Of a DNA stretch of 64,000 bases, positions 1 through 9,423 are shown piece by piece. Both the position numbers and the translations under genes were made by a program. The DNA is from Myxococcota bacterium (GTDB lineage Bacteria; Myxococcota_A; UBA9160; JAFDDA01), in contig OZ245817.1 in NCBI GenBank assembly GCA_965228475.1, positions 4,352,001 through 4,416,000 on the forward strand. The letters are read 5' to 3'. Positions within the stretch are counted from its first letter, which is position 1; each line of letters opens with the position of its first letter. The notes beneath the pieces are model-generated. The model did no database searches, was not told the origin of the DNA, and saw nothing but the letters and a program-made list of their open reading frames with translations.

Positions 1-835
1 GGGACTTCGCGTAGTCCGAGTGCGGATTCAGCTCGTAGACGGTCGCATCGACAACGAACTCGTTCGAGGTGCGATGGAGATCCAGGGAAACCGAGAGGAA
101 CGCTGGGAGGAAGAAGCGGAACGCCTCGGCACTGAAGAAGCTCATCCCGTCGTAGTTCCGGCAGAGCACCTCCTGCGGAATCCCCTGCCACGATTCCCAG
201 GCTTCGAAAGGCAGGATCGCCGTCTCATCTCGCGAGTCCGGATGGAGCAGCGACCCGTTCGGTGGGCGCGGAACCTCGGCGAACACCTCGGCAATGCGCG
301 CCTTCAACTCGTCCATCTGTCCTCCCTGGATCCGGCGAGCGATCGCGGCCGCGATCCGCTCCGGTGGTGACCCTGCCGTCGGCACGTGCGTGGCGAAGTC
401 GTCGCTCCCGTGCGCGCGGCAACACTCCTCGGCCCGGCGATGGACCCAGGCGTAGTCCGGATCCTCCGCGGACTCCCCACGCGCGGCAAGGCGGCTCCGC
501 ACGACATCGAGGGGCGCCGTGAGGCAGAAATGGAGCACCGGGCGCCCCGGCAAAGCCAACCCCTCGCGGAACTCCGCGAGTATGCTGCGATCGGAGAATG
601 CCATCGGCACGATCACGGTGGAAGAGAGCACGCCCGTCGCCCGTGCGCCGAGAATGGACAAGCGCCGCCAGGCCGCGAGTTCCTGGAAGTCCGAGCGGTC
701 GTAGCCCGGCATGCGCATGAGCGCGAGGCCGACCCACTCCGGGTCGAAGATTCGGGCCCGCGGCAGGAAGCGCCGCAGATGACGCGCGACGGTCGTCTTC
801 CCGACGCCGAAGGAACCGTTCAGAAGGACGTACAC
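1..835 (-). CDS. TmrB-like P-loop ATPase fused in frame to a DUF6714-like domain (runs off the window edge)
   Basis: Hand translation from GTG 835 gives VYVLLNGSFGVGKTTVARHL...IFDPEWVG, open through ...RRIQGGQ-MDELKARIAEVF...MSFFSAEAFRFFLPAF to base 1. It is absent from the ORF track because there is no stop in the window. Confidence 0.7.
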   Translation of the reverse strand, partial: MYVLLNGSFGVGKTTVARHLRRFLPRARIFDPEWVGLALMRMPGYDRSDFQELAAWRRLSILGARATGVLSSTVIVPMAFSDRSILAEFREGLALPGRPVLHFCLTAPLDVVRSRLAARGESAEDPDYAWVHRRAEECCRAHGSDDFATHVPTAGSPPERIAAAIARRIQGGQMDELKARIAEVFAEVPRPPNGSLLHPDSRDETAILPFEAWESWQGIPQEVLCRNYDGMSFFSAEAFRFFLPAFLSVSLDLHRTSNEFVVDATVYELNPHSDYAKS

Positions 836-972
836 GTGGAGTCCGTCTCACGAAGGGGCGATGGGGTCTCCCGCGGAAGGAGCCCCGAGAGGCTACCGGA
901 TCTGCCTGGCCTCAGGGTACGATCCGGGCGCGAGGCCCGCGCGTGGTGGGCGCGAGGCAGCGGAGGCTCCCG

Positions 973-1710
973 GTGGCGAAGGTCTGGTTCGATGAGCAGG
1001 TCGCGGCGCGCTACGACGAGACGTCGGCCCACATGTACGAGAGCGCCGTGCTCGACCCGGCGGTCGATTTCCTCGCGGCCCTGGCCGGCGACGGCGGCGC
1101 CCTCGAGTTCGGCATCGGGACCGGCCGCATCGCGCTCCCGCTGGCCGAGCGCGGCGTGCGCGTCCACGGGATCGACAACTCCGAGCCCATGATCGAACGG
1201 CTGCGCCGCAAGCCCGGAGCGGAGCGGATCGCCTGCAGCGTGGGCGACTTCGCGACGACACGGGTCGAGGGCGAGTTCGCCCTCGCCTATCTCGTCTTCA
1301 ACACGATCACCAACCTCACGACCCAGGACGAGCAGGTCGCCTGCTTCCGGAACGCCGCGGCCCACCTCGCGCCGGGCGGCCGGTTCGTGATCGAGGTCTA
1401 CGTGCCCCAGCTCCGCCGCGTCCCGCCCGGCGAAACCGTCCGCCCGCACGACGTGAGCCCGACCCACCTCGGCTTCGACGAGTACACGGACTTCGTCGGA
1501 CAGATCCAGTACTCCCACCACTACTGGATCGACGGCGGAACGCTCCGCACCTTCTCGGCACCCTTCCGCTGGGTCTGGCCCTCGGAGCTCGACCTGATGG
1601 CCCGGCTCGCCGGACTCACCCTTCGCGAGCGTTACGCCGGATGGACGCGTGACCCCTTCACCGGCGAGAGCCCCGCCCACGTCTCGGTCTGGGAGAAGCC
1701 CGCCGAGTAG
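973..1710 (+). CDS. Class I SAM-dependent methyltransferase
   Basis: Motif I ALEFGIGTGR, then GIDNSEPM and HLAPGGRFV; GGAGG precedes GTG 973. Confidence 0.9.
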   Translation: MAKVWFDEQVAARYDETSAHMYESAVLDPAVDFLAALAGDGGALEFGIGTGRIALPLAERGVRVHGIDNSEPMIERLRRKPGAERIACSVGDFATTRVEGEFALAYLVFNTITNLTTQDEQVACFRNAAAHLAPGGRFVIEVYVPQLRRVPPGETVRPHDVSPTHLGFDEYTDFVGQIQYSHHYWIDGGTLRTFSAPFRWVWPSELDLMARLAGLTLRERYAGWTRDPFTGESPAHVSVWEKPAE

Positions 1711-1726
1711 CGAGCACCGTCTCGCC

Positions 1727-2179
1727 TCAGGCCGAGAACCGGCTCGGGTCGATCTCGTGGGTGGCATCGGGTGAGTCGACGCGCTCGAATCCGATCGCCT
1801 CGTAGAACCGCATCGCACCGGGATCGTTCGTTCGCAGACGCACGGAGACGTAGTAGCCCTGAGCGCGTGCGAGCACCCGCGCCACCAGGAGCCGCGCGAC
1901 GCCCCGCCGGCGCGCATCCGGAGAGACGTAGAGTCGGCGCACCCGACCGACCGAACCATCCGTGGCGAACGGATCGCGGTTCAATCCGCAAACACCGACG
2001 AGACGTCCTTCGGCGTGGGCTGCGAAGAGCACCTCGCCCGGGCCGTCGAAACGATTCTCACCGGATGCCCAATCGTCGCCCAGCCTCACCAGGTGCCGGT
2101 ACCCTTCGCGAACGCTGGCGGCGGCCAGCGCCTCGAAGCCGGCGGGAAGCTCTCGAAGGCTCTCGACCTCGATCTCCAT
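1727..2179 (-). CDS. GNAT family N-acetyltransferase
   Basis: RRLYVSPDARRRGVA acetyl-CoA motif and FYEAIGF; start at MEIEVES. Confidence 0.85.
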   Translation of the reverse strand: MEIEVESLRELPAGFEALAAASVREGYRHLVRLGDDWASGENRFDGPGEVLFAAHAEGRLVGVCGLNRDPFATDGSVGRVRRLYVSPDARRRGVARLLVARVLARAQGYYVSVRLRTNDPGAMRFYEAIGFERVDSPDATHEIDPSRFSA

Positions 2180-2204
2180 GGCGGCGCCCCCCGCTCCATG
2201 CGGG

Positions 2205-2663
2205 TCAGGCGCCCTTCCGGCGCTTCTTCGAGAGGTGGTACGTGAGCGCTCTCGCGATGCAGAACGAGATCTCCTCCTTCGGGAGCTCGTCCCCTGTTTC
2301 GAAGACGATCGCGCGGTTGCCCTCGAAGCGCAGCCGATCCGCGAACAGCCCACGGAACTCCTCGACGAGGCTCGTCTGGCAGTGGAAGTACATCGCGTAC
2401 TCGTCGGGCCTCGAGCGCTTCCAACCGATCCGGATCGTCGTCCCGGCTTTCGTCTCGGGCGTCAGGTAGGCCGGCTCGCCCCACCGGAGCGCCTCCTCGA
2501 CCCGCCCTACCCCGTCGGTCGCCTTCGCCGTCGCGAAGACGAGCTTCCTCAACTCGAGGAGTCGGCGACGGATCTTCGGCGGATAGCCCGCGAAAACCGC
2601 GGACACCTCTTCGTTCGCGAAGGAAGCCACCGGGGCGCTAGCCGAGCGCCGGAGTGACGGCAC
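2205..2663 (-). CDS. DUF1801 (YdhG-like) domain protein
   Basis: EEALRWGEPAY, YFHCQTSLV and FEGNRAI motifs; start uncertain. Confidence 0.75.
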   Translation of the reverse strand: MPSLRRSASAPVASFANEEVSAVFAGYPPKIRRRLLELRKLVFATAKATDGVGRVEEALRWGEPAYLTPETKAGTTIRIGWKRSRPDEYAMYFHCQTSLVEEFRGLFADRLRFEGNRAIVFETGDELPKEEISFCIARALTYHLSKKRRKGA

Positions 2664-3213
2664 GGATGAACGATACCTGGAGGGCCGTCAGGAGAACCAG
2701 ACCGCCCCAGTGGACCTTTTCGTTCGAGGAGAAGCTCAGCGCGATCAGCATCGCGACGGCGGCGAGGCGAACGGCCTGCCCGACGTGGAGGGTCGCCTCG
2801 ACCAGGGCGAACTCCGCGAGGGTGCCGAGCGCGACCCAGGCGGCCATGAGGAGGAAGATCGCACGACAGACCGAGAAGTAGTGCGCTCGGGGTTCCGCCC
2901 GGTCCGTCGCGCCTGCCGGAGGAAGGACGATCCCCGCGGCGCCGACCAGGGGCAGCAGGGGCAGCAGCGCGAGCAGGAAACTCCCGAAGTTCCAGTGAAC
3001 GGCCCGGAAGCCCCAGTAGCCCCACACGGTCTGCAGGAGCGCACCGAGGAGGAGAACCGAAACGGCGAGCTGCAGCGGAAACGGCCGAGCCTCGGAACGG
3101 TCGAGATACTGGCGCCCCCAACCGGAGAGGATCTCCGAAGCGCCGAAGGCGACGATGAAGGACATCAGGACGATGACGTACTCGAACTGGGACACGCCGG
3201 AAAATTCTATCAC
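2638..3213 (-). CDS. Multi-pass membrane protein, similar to cassette gene 14475-15029
   Basis: Hydrophobic segments; FEYVIVLMSFIVAFG...ILSG and RAHYF align by eye with FEFIMVLESIVVGLG...ILSG and RSHYF. Confidence 0.7.
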   Translation of the reverse strand: MIEFSGVSQFEYVIVLMSFIVAFGASEILSGWGRQYLDRSEARPFPLQLAVSVLLLGALLQTVWGYWGFRAVHWNFGSFLLALLPLLPLVGAAGIVLPPAGATDRAEPRAHYFSVCRAIFLLMAAWVALGTLAEFALVEATLHVGQAVRLAAVAMLIALSFSSNEKVHWGGLVLLTALQVSFIRAVTPALG

Positions 3214-3238
3214 GCCGCCGCCGGGCTAGACTCGCGGC

Positions 3239-3613
3239 ATGAGGAAGCAGTACCACCCGCTCCCCTCGGAGAAGGGCCTTCTCGTCTGGGACGTGGACCG
3301 GCTGGTCGAGCTCTCCCGGGACTTCCCCGTCGAGACCGTCGCGCTCGAAGACATCTGGGAGCTCGATCGCGTGCGCTGGTTCGACGAGACCCACCCGCCG
3401 ACGCCGAGGGCGCTCCTCGAGCACATCCGGCTGATCGAAGAGGCGGACCTCTCCTATCCGATCATCCTCGGGGCCGATGGCCGCGTCATGGACGGCATGC
3501 ACCGGATCCTGCGCGCGCTGCTCCGGGGCGAGACGCGAATCCAGGCGCGCCGCTTCACCGTCGATCCGGAGCCCGACTACGTCGGCGTGAGCCTCGACGA
3601 CCTGCCCTACTGA
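3239..3613 (+). CDS. Small ParB/Srx-like hypothetical protein
   Basis: ADLSYPIIL...VMDGMHR resembles the ParB N-terminal DGxHR motif. Confidence 0.65.
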   Translation: MRKQYHPLPSEKGLLVWDVDRLVELSRDFPVETVALEDIWELDRVRWFDETHPPTPRALLEHIRLIEEADLSYPIILGADGRVMDGMHRILRALLRGETRIQARRFTVDPEPDYVGVSLDDLPY

Positions 3614-4059
3614 CCGCGCCCGGCTTCGGCCCCCACGCGCTCGAAGCGAAGATCGGAACCCGCGGTGTCGCTCGCCGAGAGCGCGATGGCACTCTCCTCC
3701 GCCCGCACCGTGATGGCGACCTGGGGCTCCCCGCCCGGCGCGGGCGGAATCCCGACGACGACGAACTCCCCCAGGAAGTGGTTCTGCGCGACCAACCCGG
3801 CGGTGCCGCGGAAGAGCGTCAGGGAAATCTCGTCCTGATCGTCGATGGCCGTGCTGAAGGTGTTCGTCGCTTCACACGGGACCCGGCAGCCGGCCTCGAG
3901 CAGCGGCGTGAAGACCCCGCCGAGCGTCTCGATCCCGACCGACTGGACCAGCTCGCCTTCCTCGATCGCGGGCGAGTTGGGCTCGACGGTCAGGGTGGCA
4001 ACCTGGCTCCCGGGAGCGCAGGCCACGAAGAGCAGCAACAGGGCGAGTCGTTGGGTCAC
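3607..4059 (-). CDS. Predicted lipoprotein with a stand-alone Hsp70 substrate-binding domain
   Basis: SVGIETLGGVFTPLL, FSTAIDDQ and LGEFVVVGIPPAPGGEPQVAIT match the DnaK SBD-beta; N-terminal LLLLFVAC lipobox; GTG overlaps the upstream TGA. Confidence 0.75.
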   Translation of the reverse strand: MTQRLALLLLFVACAPGSQVATLTVEPNSPAIEEGELVQSVGIETLGGVFTPLLEAGCRVPCEATNTFSTAIDDQDEISLTLFRGTAGLVAQNHFLGEFVVVGIPPAPGGEPQVAITVRAEESAIALSASDTAGSDLRFERVGAEAGRGQ

Positions 4060-4568
4060 GGTTCTCTTGCCTCCAGGAACAGCAGGATCAAGGCGCCGAA
4101 CATCGCGCCCGCGACGCAGGAATGCCACGTGAGCGAGACGAGGTAGATGAAGCGGAGTGAGTCCAGGCCCCCGAACACAGCGAATGCGACCTGCGCCGCG
4201 ATCACGAGGAGGCCGCCGAGGAAGAGCACCGTACCGGACGCAGTACTCAAGGGATTGGCGTTCTCGCCCGCCGCCCGGAGGGGGATGATCCGTCGCGCTC
4301 CGAGGACGTAGTGGAAGGAGTGGGCCGCCGCGTACGCGAGGTTGGCGCCCACCCAGAGCGCACGTTCGTTCCTCATGATCTGCTCGAGTACCTGGGGAAG
4401 GAGCGCGAAGAACACCACCAGGGCAGAGGTCTCGAGGAGTGAGAGGAGCGCGAGGCGATCGGCCTCGGCCCAAGGGCCGGAGACGCGCGACCGGAGCGTG
4501 GCGGCGATGGCGCTGAAGCCCGCGATCGCGATTCCGATCTCTGCGAAGTTGCGAAGCGTCTCGAACAT
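4056..4568 (-). CDS. Membrane protein
   Basis: About 5 hydrophobic helices; AEIGIAIAGFSAIA resembles 6303-6782. Confidence 0.7.
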   Translation of the reverse strand: MFETLRNFAEIGIAIAGFSAIAATLRSRVSGPWAEADRLALLSLLETSALVVFFALLPQVLEQIMRNERALWVGANLAYAAAHSFHYVLGARRIIPLRAAGENANPLSTASGTVLFLGGLLVIAAQVAFAVFGGLDSLRFIYLVSLTWHSCVAGAMFGALILLFLEAREP

Positions 4569-4601
4569 GTCGTCGGGCCCGACTCCCGGTATGCGAGGAC
4601 C

Positions 4602-5039
4602 CTACCAAACCCCGCGGCGGCGCAGCCTCCGTACCTGTTCCCGCGTCAGCTGCGGCAAGGCGTCGTGGATCTCGTACCACGGAGCCTTGCCCTCGACGAA
4701 GATGTGCCGATCGGGGGTGAGGTCGGCCCCTGCCTCGAGCAACCCCGCCGGGATCTCGAACCAGCTCGCACCCGCGGGCGGGTCGGGCACGGGCGAGCCG
4801 CAGCGCGAGCAGAAGGCCGTGCGGTAGGCCGGGGGCTTCTCCCGGACCGGAGCTTCGTAGGTGCAAATCAACTCGGCGCCCGACAGCAGTCGGAAGTCTT
4901 CGATTCGGACGCCGAGCCCGGCGACGAAGGCCGAACCGGAGGCCTTTCGGCACCTCGGGCAGTGACAGAGTTCGAATGGACCCACGGCTTCGTCGAGCTC
5001 GAAGGTCACGCCGCCGCAGAGACACGCGCCCCGGATCAT
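4602..5039 (-). CDS. GFA/CENP-V family Zn-binding protein
   Basis: GACLCG, CHCPRCRK and FCSRCGS cysteine motifs. Confidence 0.9.
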   Translation of the reverse strand: MIRGACLCGGVTFELDEAVGPFELCHCPRCRKASGSAFVAGLGVRIEDFRLLSGAELICTYEAPVREKPPAYRTAFCSRCGSPVPDPPAGASWFEIPAGLLEAGADLTPDRHIFVEGKAPWYEIHDALPQLTREQVRRLRRRGVW

Positions 5040-5091
5040 CGGCCCGACTCCTTCCCCTGCGGCCCGCCGCCCCGCTACCCGCGCAGCCGCG

Positions 5092-5529
5092 TCAACGGGC
5101 CTCGCGGTCCAGCTTCTCGATCCGCGCGACGTGACGCCCGCCCTCGAAGGGATGCGAGAGCCAGACCTCGACGATCCGCAGCGCCAGGTCCTCGGTGAGG
5201 AGGCGCTCGCCCAGCGAGATCATGTTCGCATCGTTGTGGGCGCGCGCGAGCCGCGCCGTCTCCTCGCTCCAGCACAGGGCGCAGCGGACCCCGCGCACCC
5301 GGTTCGCGGCCATCGCCTCGCCGTTGCCCGAACCGCCGAGAACGATCCCCCGCTCGCACTCTCCGCGAGCCACGGCCTGCGCGGCGGGCCCGATGAAGTC
5401 CGGGTAGTCGACCGACGTCTCGGAATCCGTCCCGAAATCGCGCACCTCGTAGCCGCGCTCCCGAAGGAAACCCACGAGAACAGCCTTGTAGCGGAACCCC
5501 GCATGATCCGAAGCGATCGCGATGCGCAT
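5092..5529 (-). CDS. rpiB: Ribose-5-phosphate isomerase B
   Basis: IAIASDHAG, VDYPD, GGSGNGEAMAAN, ARAHNDAN and FEGGRH motifs. Confidence 0.95.
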   Translation of the reverse strand: MRIAIASDHAGFRYKAVLVGFLRERGYEVRDFGTDSETSVDYPDFIGPAAQAVARGECERGIVLGGSGNGEAMAANRVRGVRCALCWSEETARLARAHNDANMISLGERLLTEDLALRIVEVWLSHPFEGGRHVARIEKLDREAR

Positions 5530-6123
5530 CTACCCGCTCGCCCCGCACGGCCCCAGGCCGACCAACACCCCGACCCGATCGCGCTTGCCGCCGAGGACGA
5601 CGTAGAAGACGTTCGTCGCCGTGTTCAGGCCTTCGTACTTCTCGAGCATCTGATCGAGCAGCGCGTCGTACCGCTCCTTCGGGAGCGCGTCGACGCGGGT
5701 CGCAGCGGCGCATGCCTGGCGGAGCTGGCCGTTGCGGGTCATCGAGATCGGAGCGCCCGCGAGCAAGCGGCTCGCAGCTTCCGGAGGCGCGTCGTAGTAC
5801 ATGAGCGGCCCGTCGCTCCCGTCGAGCACCCAGACTCTGGCAGTGTGCGCCCCCTCGATCTCGAGCTGAACCACCTCGCCCGATTCCCAGGTCGACTCGA
5901 CGTACTTCCAGGCCGCACCCCAACACCCCGCCCACACCCCGATGACCGTCACCGCGAGCATCGCGTCGCGCGGCGAAGGCCGGCGCAGGAACTTGATCAG
6001 AAGAAACACGCCGAGGCCGACACCGAGCCACGCGAGCAGCCCGTTGCGGTCGATCGCGAGGAAGGCCGCTGCGAGGAGCAGCCCGGCGGCAGCCCCAAGG
6101 GCGGCCCATCGGCTAGCACTCAT
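5530..6123 (-). CDS. Hypothetical membrane-anchored protein
   Basis: Three N-terminal hydrophobic helices; abuts rpiB. Confidence 0.65.
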   Translation of the reverse strand: MSASRWAALGAAAGLLLAAAFLAIDRNGLLAWLGVGLGVFLLIKFLRRPSPRDAMLAVTVIGVWAGCWGAAWKYVESTWESGEVVQLEIEGAHTARVWVLDGSDGPLMYYDAPPEAASRLLAGAPISMTRNGQLRQACAAATRVDALPKERYDALLDQMLEKYEGLNTATNVFYVVLGGKRDRVGVLVGLGPCGASG

Positions 6124-6302
6124 GAAGCCCTCGACGACGGTCCTTCATCGGGGAATCGCACTCCCGGGTGAGATGCCGGTGACGCGCCCCGGCCAAGCGC
6201 CGGCATCCTAACACGCCCCTTCGGGCTTGAGGCGGATGCGGGATCCAGGCGGCAGGGGACGCACGAACGGAACGAGGGGAGACTTGCGTTCGACCGGAGC
6301 GT

Positions 6303-6782
6303 TCAATTCGAGGAGTCCAGGGCGCTCCCGAGCGTAAGGACACCTGCCAGCAGGTACCAGACAAGCCCGGCAAGGAAGACTCCATAGTCGGAGAACGGCT
6401 GTCCGACTGCATTGAGCGTTTGGAGAACCGTGTTGATTCCCCCGATCGTGAGAACCGCGGCAGTCACTACGCCAGATCGAATGTGCTCTTCGTGCACCGC
6501 CGACCCGAGCTTCAGGTACCACCCGGCATTGAACAGGGCCATCAGGGCGCTGCAGATTCTGAACTGGTAGTCGGGGTGCAGATTGGTCGTTGAGAGGAGG
6601 ACATGAAGCAAGCTCAAGAACAACGCGCCAAAGCAGATGCTGAGAAGTGAGTAGAGTCTCCACCTGGCGTCTTCGTCGCGGACCCGAATCGGCCGGATCG
6701 AGATGGCGACCGACGCGAATCCCGCGAGCATCAGCGAAAGCTGCGCAAGGGCCAGCGAGAGGTCCGAGTCCGTCGTCGTCAC
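6303..6782 (-). CDS. Membrane protein
   Basis: Hydrophobic; AQLSLMLAGFASVA resembles 4056-4568. Confidence 0.65.
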   Translation of the reverse strand: MTTTDSDLSLALAQLSLMLAGFASVAISIRPIRVRDEDARWRLYSLLSICFGALFLSLLHVLLSTTNLHPDYQFRICSALMALFNAGWYLKLGSAVHEEHIRSGVVTAAVLTIGGINTVLQTLNAVGQPFSDYGVFLAGLVWYLLAGVLTLGSALDSSN

Positions 6783-6858
6783 CTACTTCCTCCAGAACGG
6801 TTCAACCCGAGGTCGAACTCTCTGCAGAAGGCTGGTGCGACTCATCCGGCGACCAGCG

Positions 6859-7383
6859 TCAGGCACCGCGCTGCGGCCTGGCAAGGAACTCCTGCCAGCG
6901 CGCGTCGGTCTCGGGGTCCCGGGTGGCGTCGGCAAGCTGCGCTTCCACGAAGGACGTGAAGCTCTCGGAGAACGGAGCGGGGCTCGCATGCCACCAGTCC
7001 CGAACGCCGGGATGGGAGAGCCACCAGCGGATCGTGGCCGACCAGCGCGCCCAGATCTCCTCCGGGATGGCTCCGGCCCTGGCTTGATGGAAGATGAACT
7101 CGAAGGCGCCGAATGCCTCCACGAACCACCAGGTGAACTGGATTCGCTCCTGGGGCGAGAGGGATTGGATGTCGGCAACGCCTCGGGCGTGGAGGGTCGC
7201 CAGCTCCGGATCCTGACTGAGAGCCGATTGCGTTGCAGAGATCCGATCGACCACGCGCGCGAAGTTCTCGGCGCGAATCGAGTCCGTGTTCTGACGGACC
7301 TGGATCGCGAGGTAGACGAGCGAGAAGATGACGACGATTCCGCCGATGAACTCCCCGAGGTCTGCGAGATCTCCGAGCTCCAG
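6859..7383 (-). CDS. Hypothetical protein with N-terminal TM helix (start codon unclear)
   Basis: LGEFIGGIVVIFSLVYLAIQVRQNT...PGVRDWW reads as a coherent protein. It begins directly after an attC relic with no clear ATG. Confidence 0.6.
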   Translation of the reverse strand: MELGDLADLGEFIGGIVVIFSLVYLAIQVRQNTDSIRAENFARVVDRISATQSALSQDPELATLHARGVADIQSLSPQERIQFTWWFVEAFGAFEFIFHQARAGAIPEEIWARWSATIRWWLSHPGVRDWWHASPAPFSESFTSFVEAQLADATRDPETDARWQEFLARPQRGA

Positions 7384-7389
7384 CGTTGC

Positions 7390-7492
7390 CCCCGCGCCGA
7401 GCGGACCCGGACCCAGGCCCGACGCGCGGAAGGCTACCAAACATGAATTGGGGCGCCCTGTTGAGCCTCCGGCCGCAGCGCCTTGTTGCGCT
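7390..7492 (-). repeat. Degenerate attC relic
   Basis: Minus strand GCGCAACAAGGCGCTGC...TGGTAGCCTTCC shares two blocks with the attC at 10462-10596; the R' end is lost. Confidence 0.5.
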
Positions 7493-7555
7493 GCCCGCCT
7501 CGTGGGATGATCGAAGGGGTCTGCGGGCGGGCCGCGCAACCGAAGGAGAGCGCCG

Positions 7556-8215
7556 ATGGGACGAAGGATCTCGCGACGGAGCCTCCTCGCGGGCGCTGCG
7601 GGGACGCTGGCGTGGGCAGGTTCCGCTTCATGGAACACCGCAAGGGGAGCGACCATGACTCCGAAGTTCGAGTTGGAGCGGTTCATCGAGGAACTCGAGC
7701 AAGCGAACGGCGAGAGCGAACCCCAATCCGCGATCGACGAAGTGCTGGCCCGGACGGTCGCCGACCCGTCGAAGGTGCTGGCGGGCCTGGGAGAGCCGAG
7801 CGCTGCCGGGCTGCACACGCTCTACCACTCCCGCAGCCTCACTGTTCTCAACGTGGTCTGGGCGCCTCTCATGATTCTGATGCCGCACAACCACGAGATG
7901 TGGGCGTCCATCGGGATCTACACCGGACGCGAGGACAACATCCTCTGGGAACGGCGGGGCGGCGTCGTGGAAGCCACGGGTGCCGCGTCCTTGTCCGAGA
8001 AAGAGGTCTTCCCCCTACCGGAAGATGCGATTCACTCCGTCTCCAACCCGATCCGCCGACTCACCGGCGCAATTCACGTCTACGGCGGCGACTTCTTCGA
8101 AGTGCCGGGACGAAGCGAATGGGATCCCGAGACGCTTGCCGAGCGCGAACTGGACCTGGATGCCGCCCGTGAGCGGTTCAAGGAAGCGAGCGACCGCTTC
8201 GATTCGAACCCGTAG
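7556..8215 (+). CDS. Cysteine-dioxygenase-like cupin, possibly Tat-exported
   Basis: PHNHEMW, IHSVSNP and GAIHVYGGDF motifs; N-terminal SRRSLL followed by a hydrophobic stretch; alternative ATG at 7655. Confidence 0.8.
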   Translation: MGRRISRRSLLAGAAGTLAWAGSASWNTARGATMTPKFELERFIEELEQANGESEPQSAIDEVLARTVADPSKVLAGLGEPSAAGLHTLYHSRSLTVLNVVWAPLMILMPHNHEMWASIGIYTGREDNILWERRGGVVEATGAASLSEKEVFPLPEDAIHSVSNPIRRLTGAIHVYGGDFFEVPGRSEWDPETLAERELDLDAARERFKEASDRFDSNP

Positions 8216-8533
8216 TCAGACGAGCCCACCGGCCAAGGCCCGATAGACGAGGGCGCCGACGGCCACCGCGGCGAGCGATACCAGGCCGGTCCCGACTGCC
8301 AGACCGATGCGCGACCCGATCGGGACCCCCTTCTCGGTCAGGGCTGCCGCGATTACGCCCACGCAGGCGGGGACGACCAGGAAGGGCCCGCTGAGATAGA
8401 GCGGCATGTCCGGGCCGTACTCGAGGAAGGCGAACACGGGAAAGATGAAGAGTCCCGTGACGAACGATACGGCGACGCTCCAACCGAGAACGCTGGCAGG
8501 AACGGTCGGACGCGGATCGCGCTCACTACTCAA
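8216..8533 (-). CDS. Small three-helix membrane protein
   Basis: Hydrophobic 105-aa ORF directly downstream of an attC relic. Confidence 0.55.
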   Translation of the reverse strand: MSSERDPRPTVPASVLGWSVAVSFVTGLFIFPVFAFLEYGPDMPLYLSGPFLVVPACVGVIAAALTEKGVPIGSRIGLAVGTGLVSLAAVAVGALVYRALAGGLV

Positions 8534-8534
8534 T

Positions 8535-8650
8535 GTTGGACTCTCCGGCGTTCAGCCCATTCCAGGGCACGGACGGCGTACGCCCCAGAACAGTACCACG
8601 AGCCGATTCGAATGAGCTGTGGGGCGTCAGCCGCGACGACTCGTGACACG
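8535..8650 (-). repeat. Degenerate attC relic
   Basis: Plus strand cgccccagaacagtaccacg...atgagctgtggggcgtcagccgc aligns with the main attC cgccagaatcctaccacg...atgagcccttggcgtctgctgc; core boxes are lost. Confidence 0.55.
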
Positions 8651-9382
8651 GCGCTGATTCCGGAGGAGCGGCGCGAGATCCAGCGGTGGAGACCAGGGGT
8701 TCTGGAACCTGTAGCCAGGCGGGATGGAAACGCGCGGGTCGACTTTGGGGCCCATGCGACCCATGCCGAAGACGATCGGTCGGGCAGGCGAGTCGAGGTA
8801 CTCGGAAACTCCGGGAAGCGAGGCGACCCGAGAACGGAGCGCGACGAGTTCTTCGAACTCGGCGAGGACCGCCGGAAAGTACGCGTCGACCTCGTCGAGG
8901 AAGCAGAACGCGACGCAGTCCACGTGGCCGAACTCGGCGCCGAACCAGCTCGTGGAAGCGTCTCGATCCCGACAGAGCGAAGCCGACAGCATCTTCAGGC
9001 GCGGCTCGAGGGTCGCCTCCGCATAGGATTCGAGATGGGCGTAGTAGTCCTCGACCCAGTTGAAGCGCCAAAGGTCTTCCTGGAACGTGGCGATCGCGTC
9101 GTGCGCGGCGTCGAGCTGCGCGCGCGCCAGATCGTCGCGGGCGCCCTGGGTGAGTTTCTTCCCGAGGTATCTCAGGATCGCGTGGCTCTCGCAGAGAAGC
9201 ACGCCATCCGTTTCGAAGATGGGCAGGCCACCGAAGGGCAGCCCGGGCTTGAGCGCTTCCCATTCATCCGCCGAGACGACCCGGTGGTCTTCGAACTCCG
9301 TCTGCGTGGCATGCAGGAGAATACGGATCGCCTCGGCCCGGCCGCGCATCTCGAAGTAGGCGAGCCGCGGATGCATCGTCAT
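8627..9382 (-). CDS. Glutathione S-transferase family protein
   Basis: YFEMRGRAEAIRILL, PFGGLP and ESHAILRYL motifs. Confidence 0.9.
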   Translation of the reverse strand: MTMHPRLAYFEMRGRAEAIRILLHATQTEFEDHRVVSADEWEALKPGLPFGGLPIFETDGVLLCESHAILRYLGKKLTQGARDDLARAQLDAAHDAIATFQEDLWRFNWVEDYYAHLESYAEATLEPRLKMLSASLCRDRDASTSWFGAEFGHVDCVAFCFLDEVDAYFPAVLAEFEELVALRSRVASLPGVSEYLDSPARPIVFGMGRMGPKVDPRVSIPPGYRFQNPWSPPLDLAPLLRNQRRVTSRRG

Positions 9383-9423
9383 CTCCCTAGACGCCGTGGC
9401 CGCGCGCCGACGAGGCCACGCGC

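Noticed and set aside
6200..6300. Possible further attC relic (tcctaac...)
   Set aside because: No recognisable arms or family blocks could be aligned by eye.
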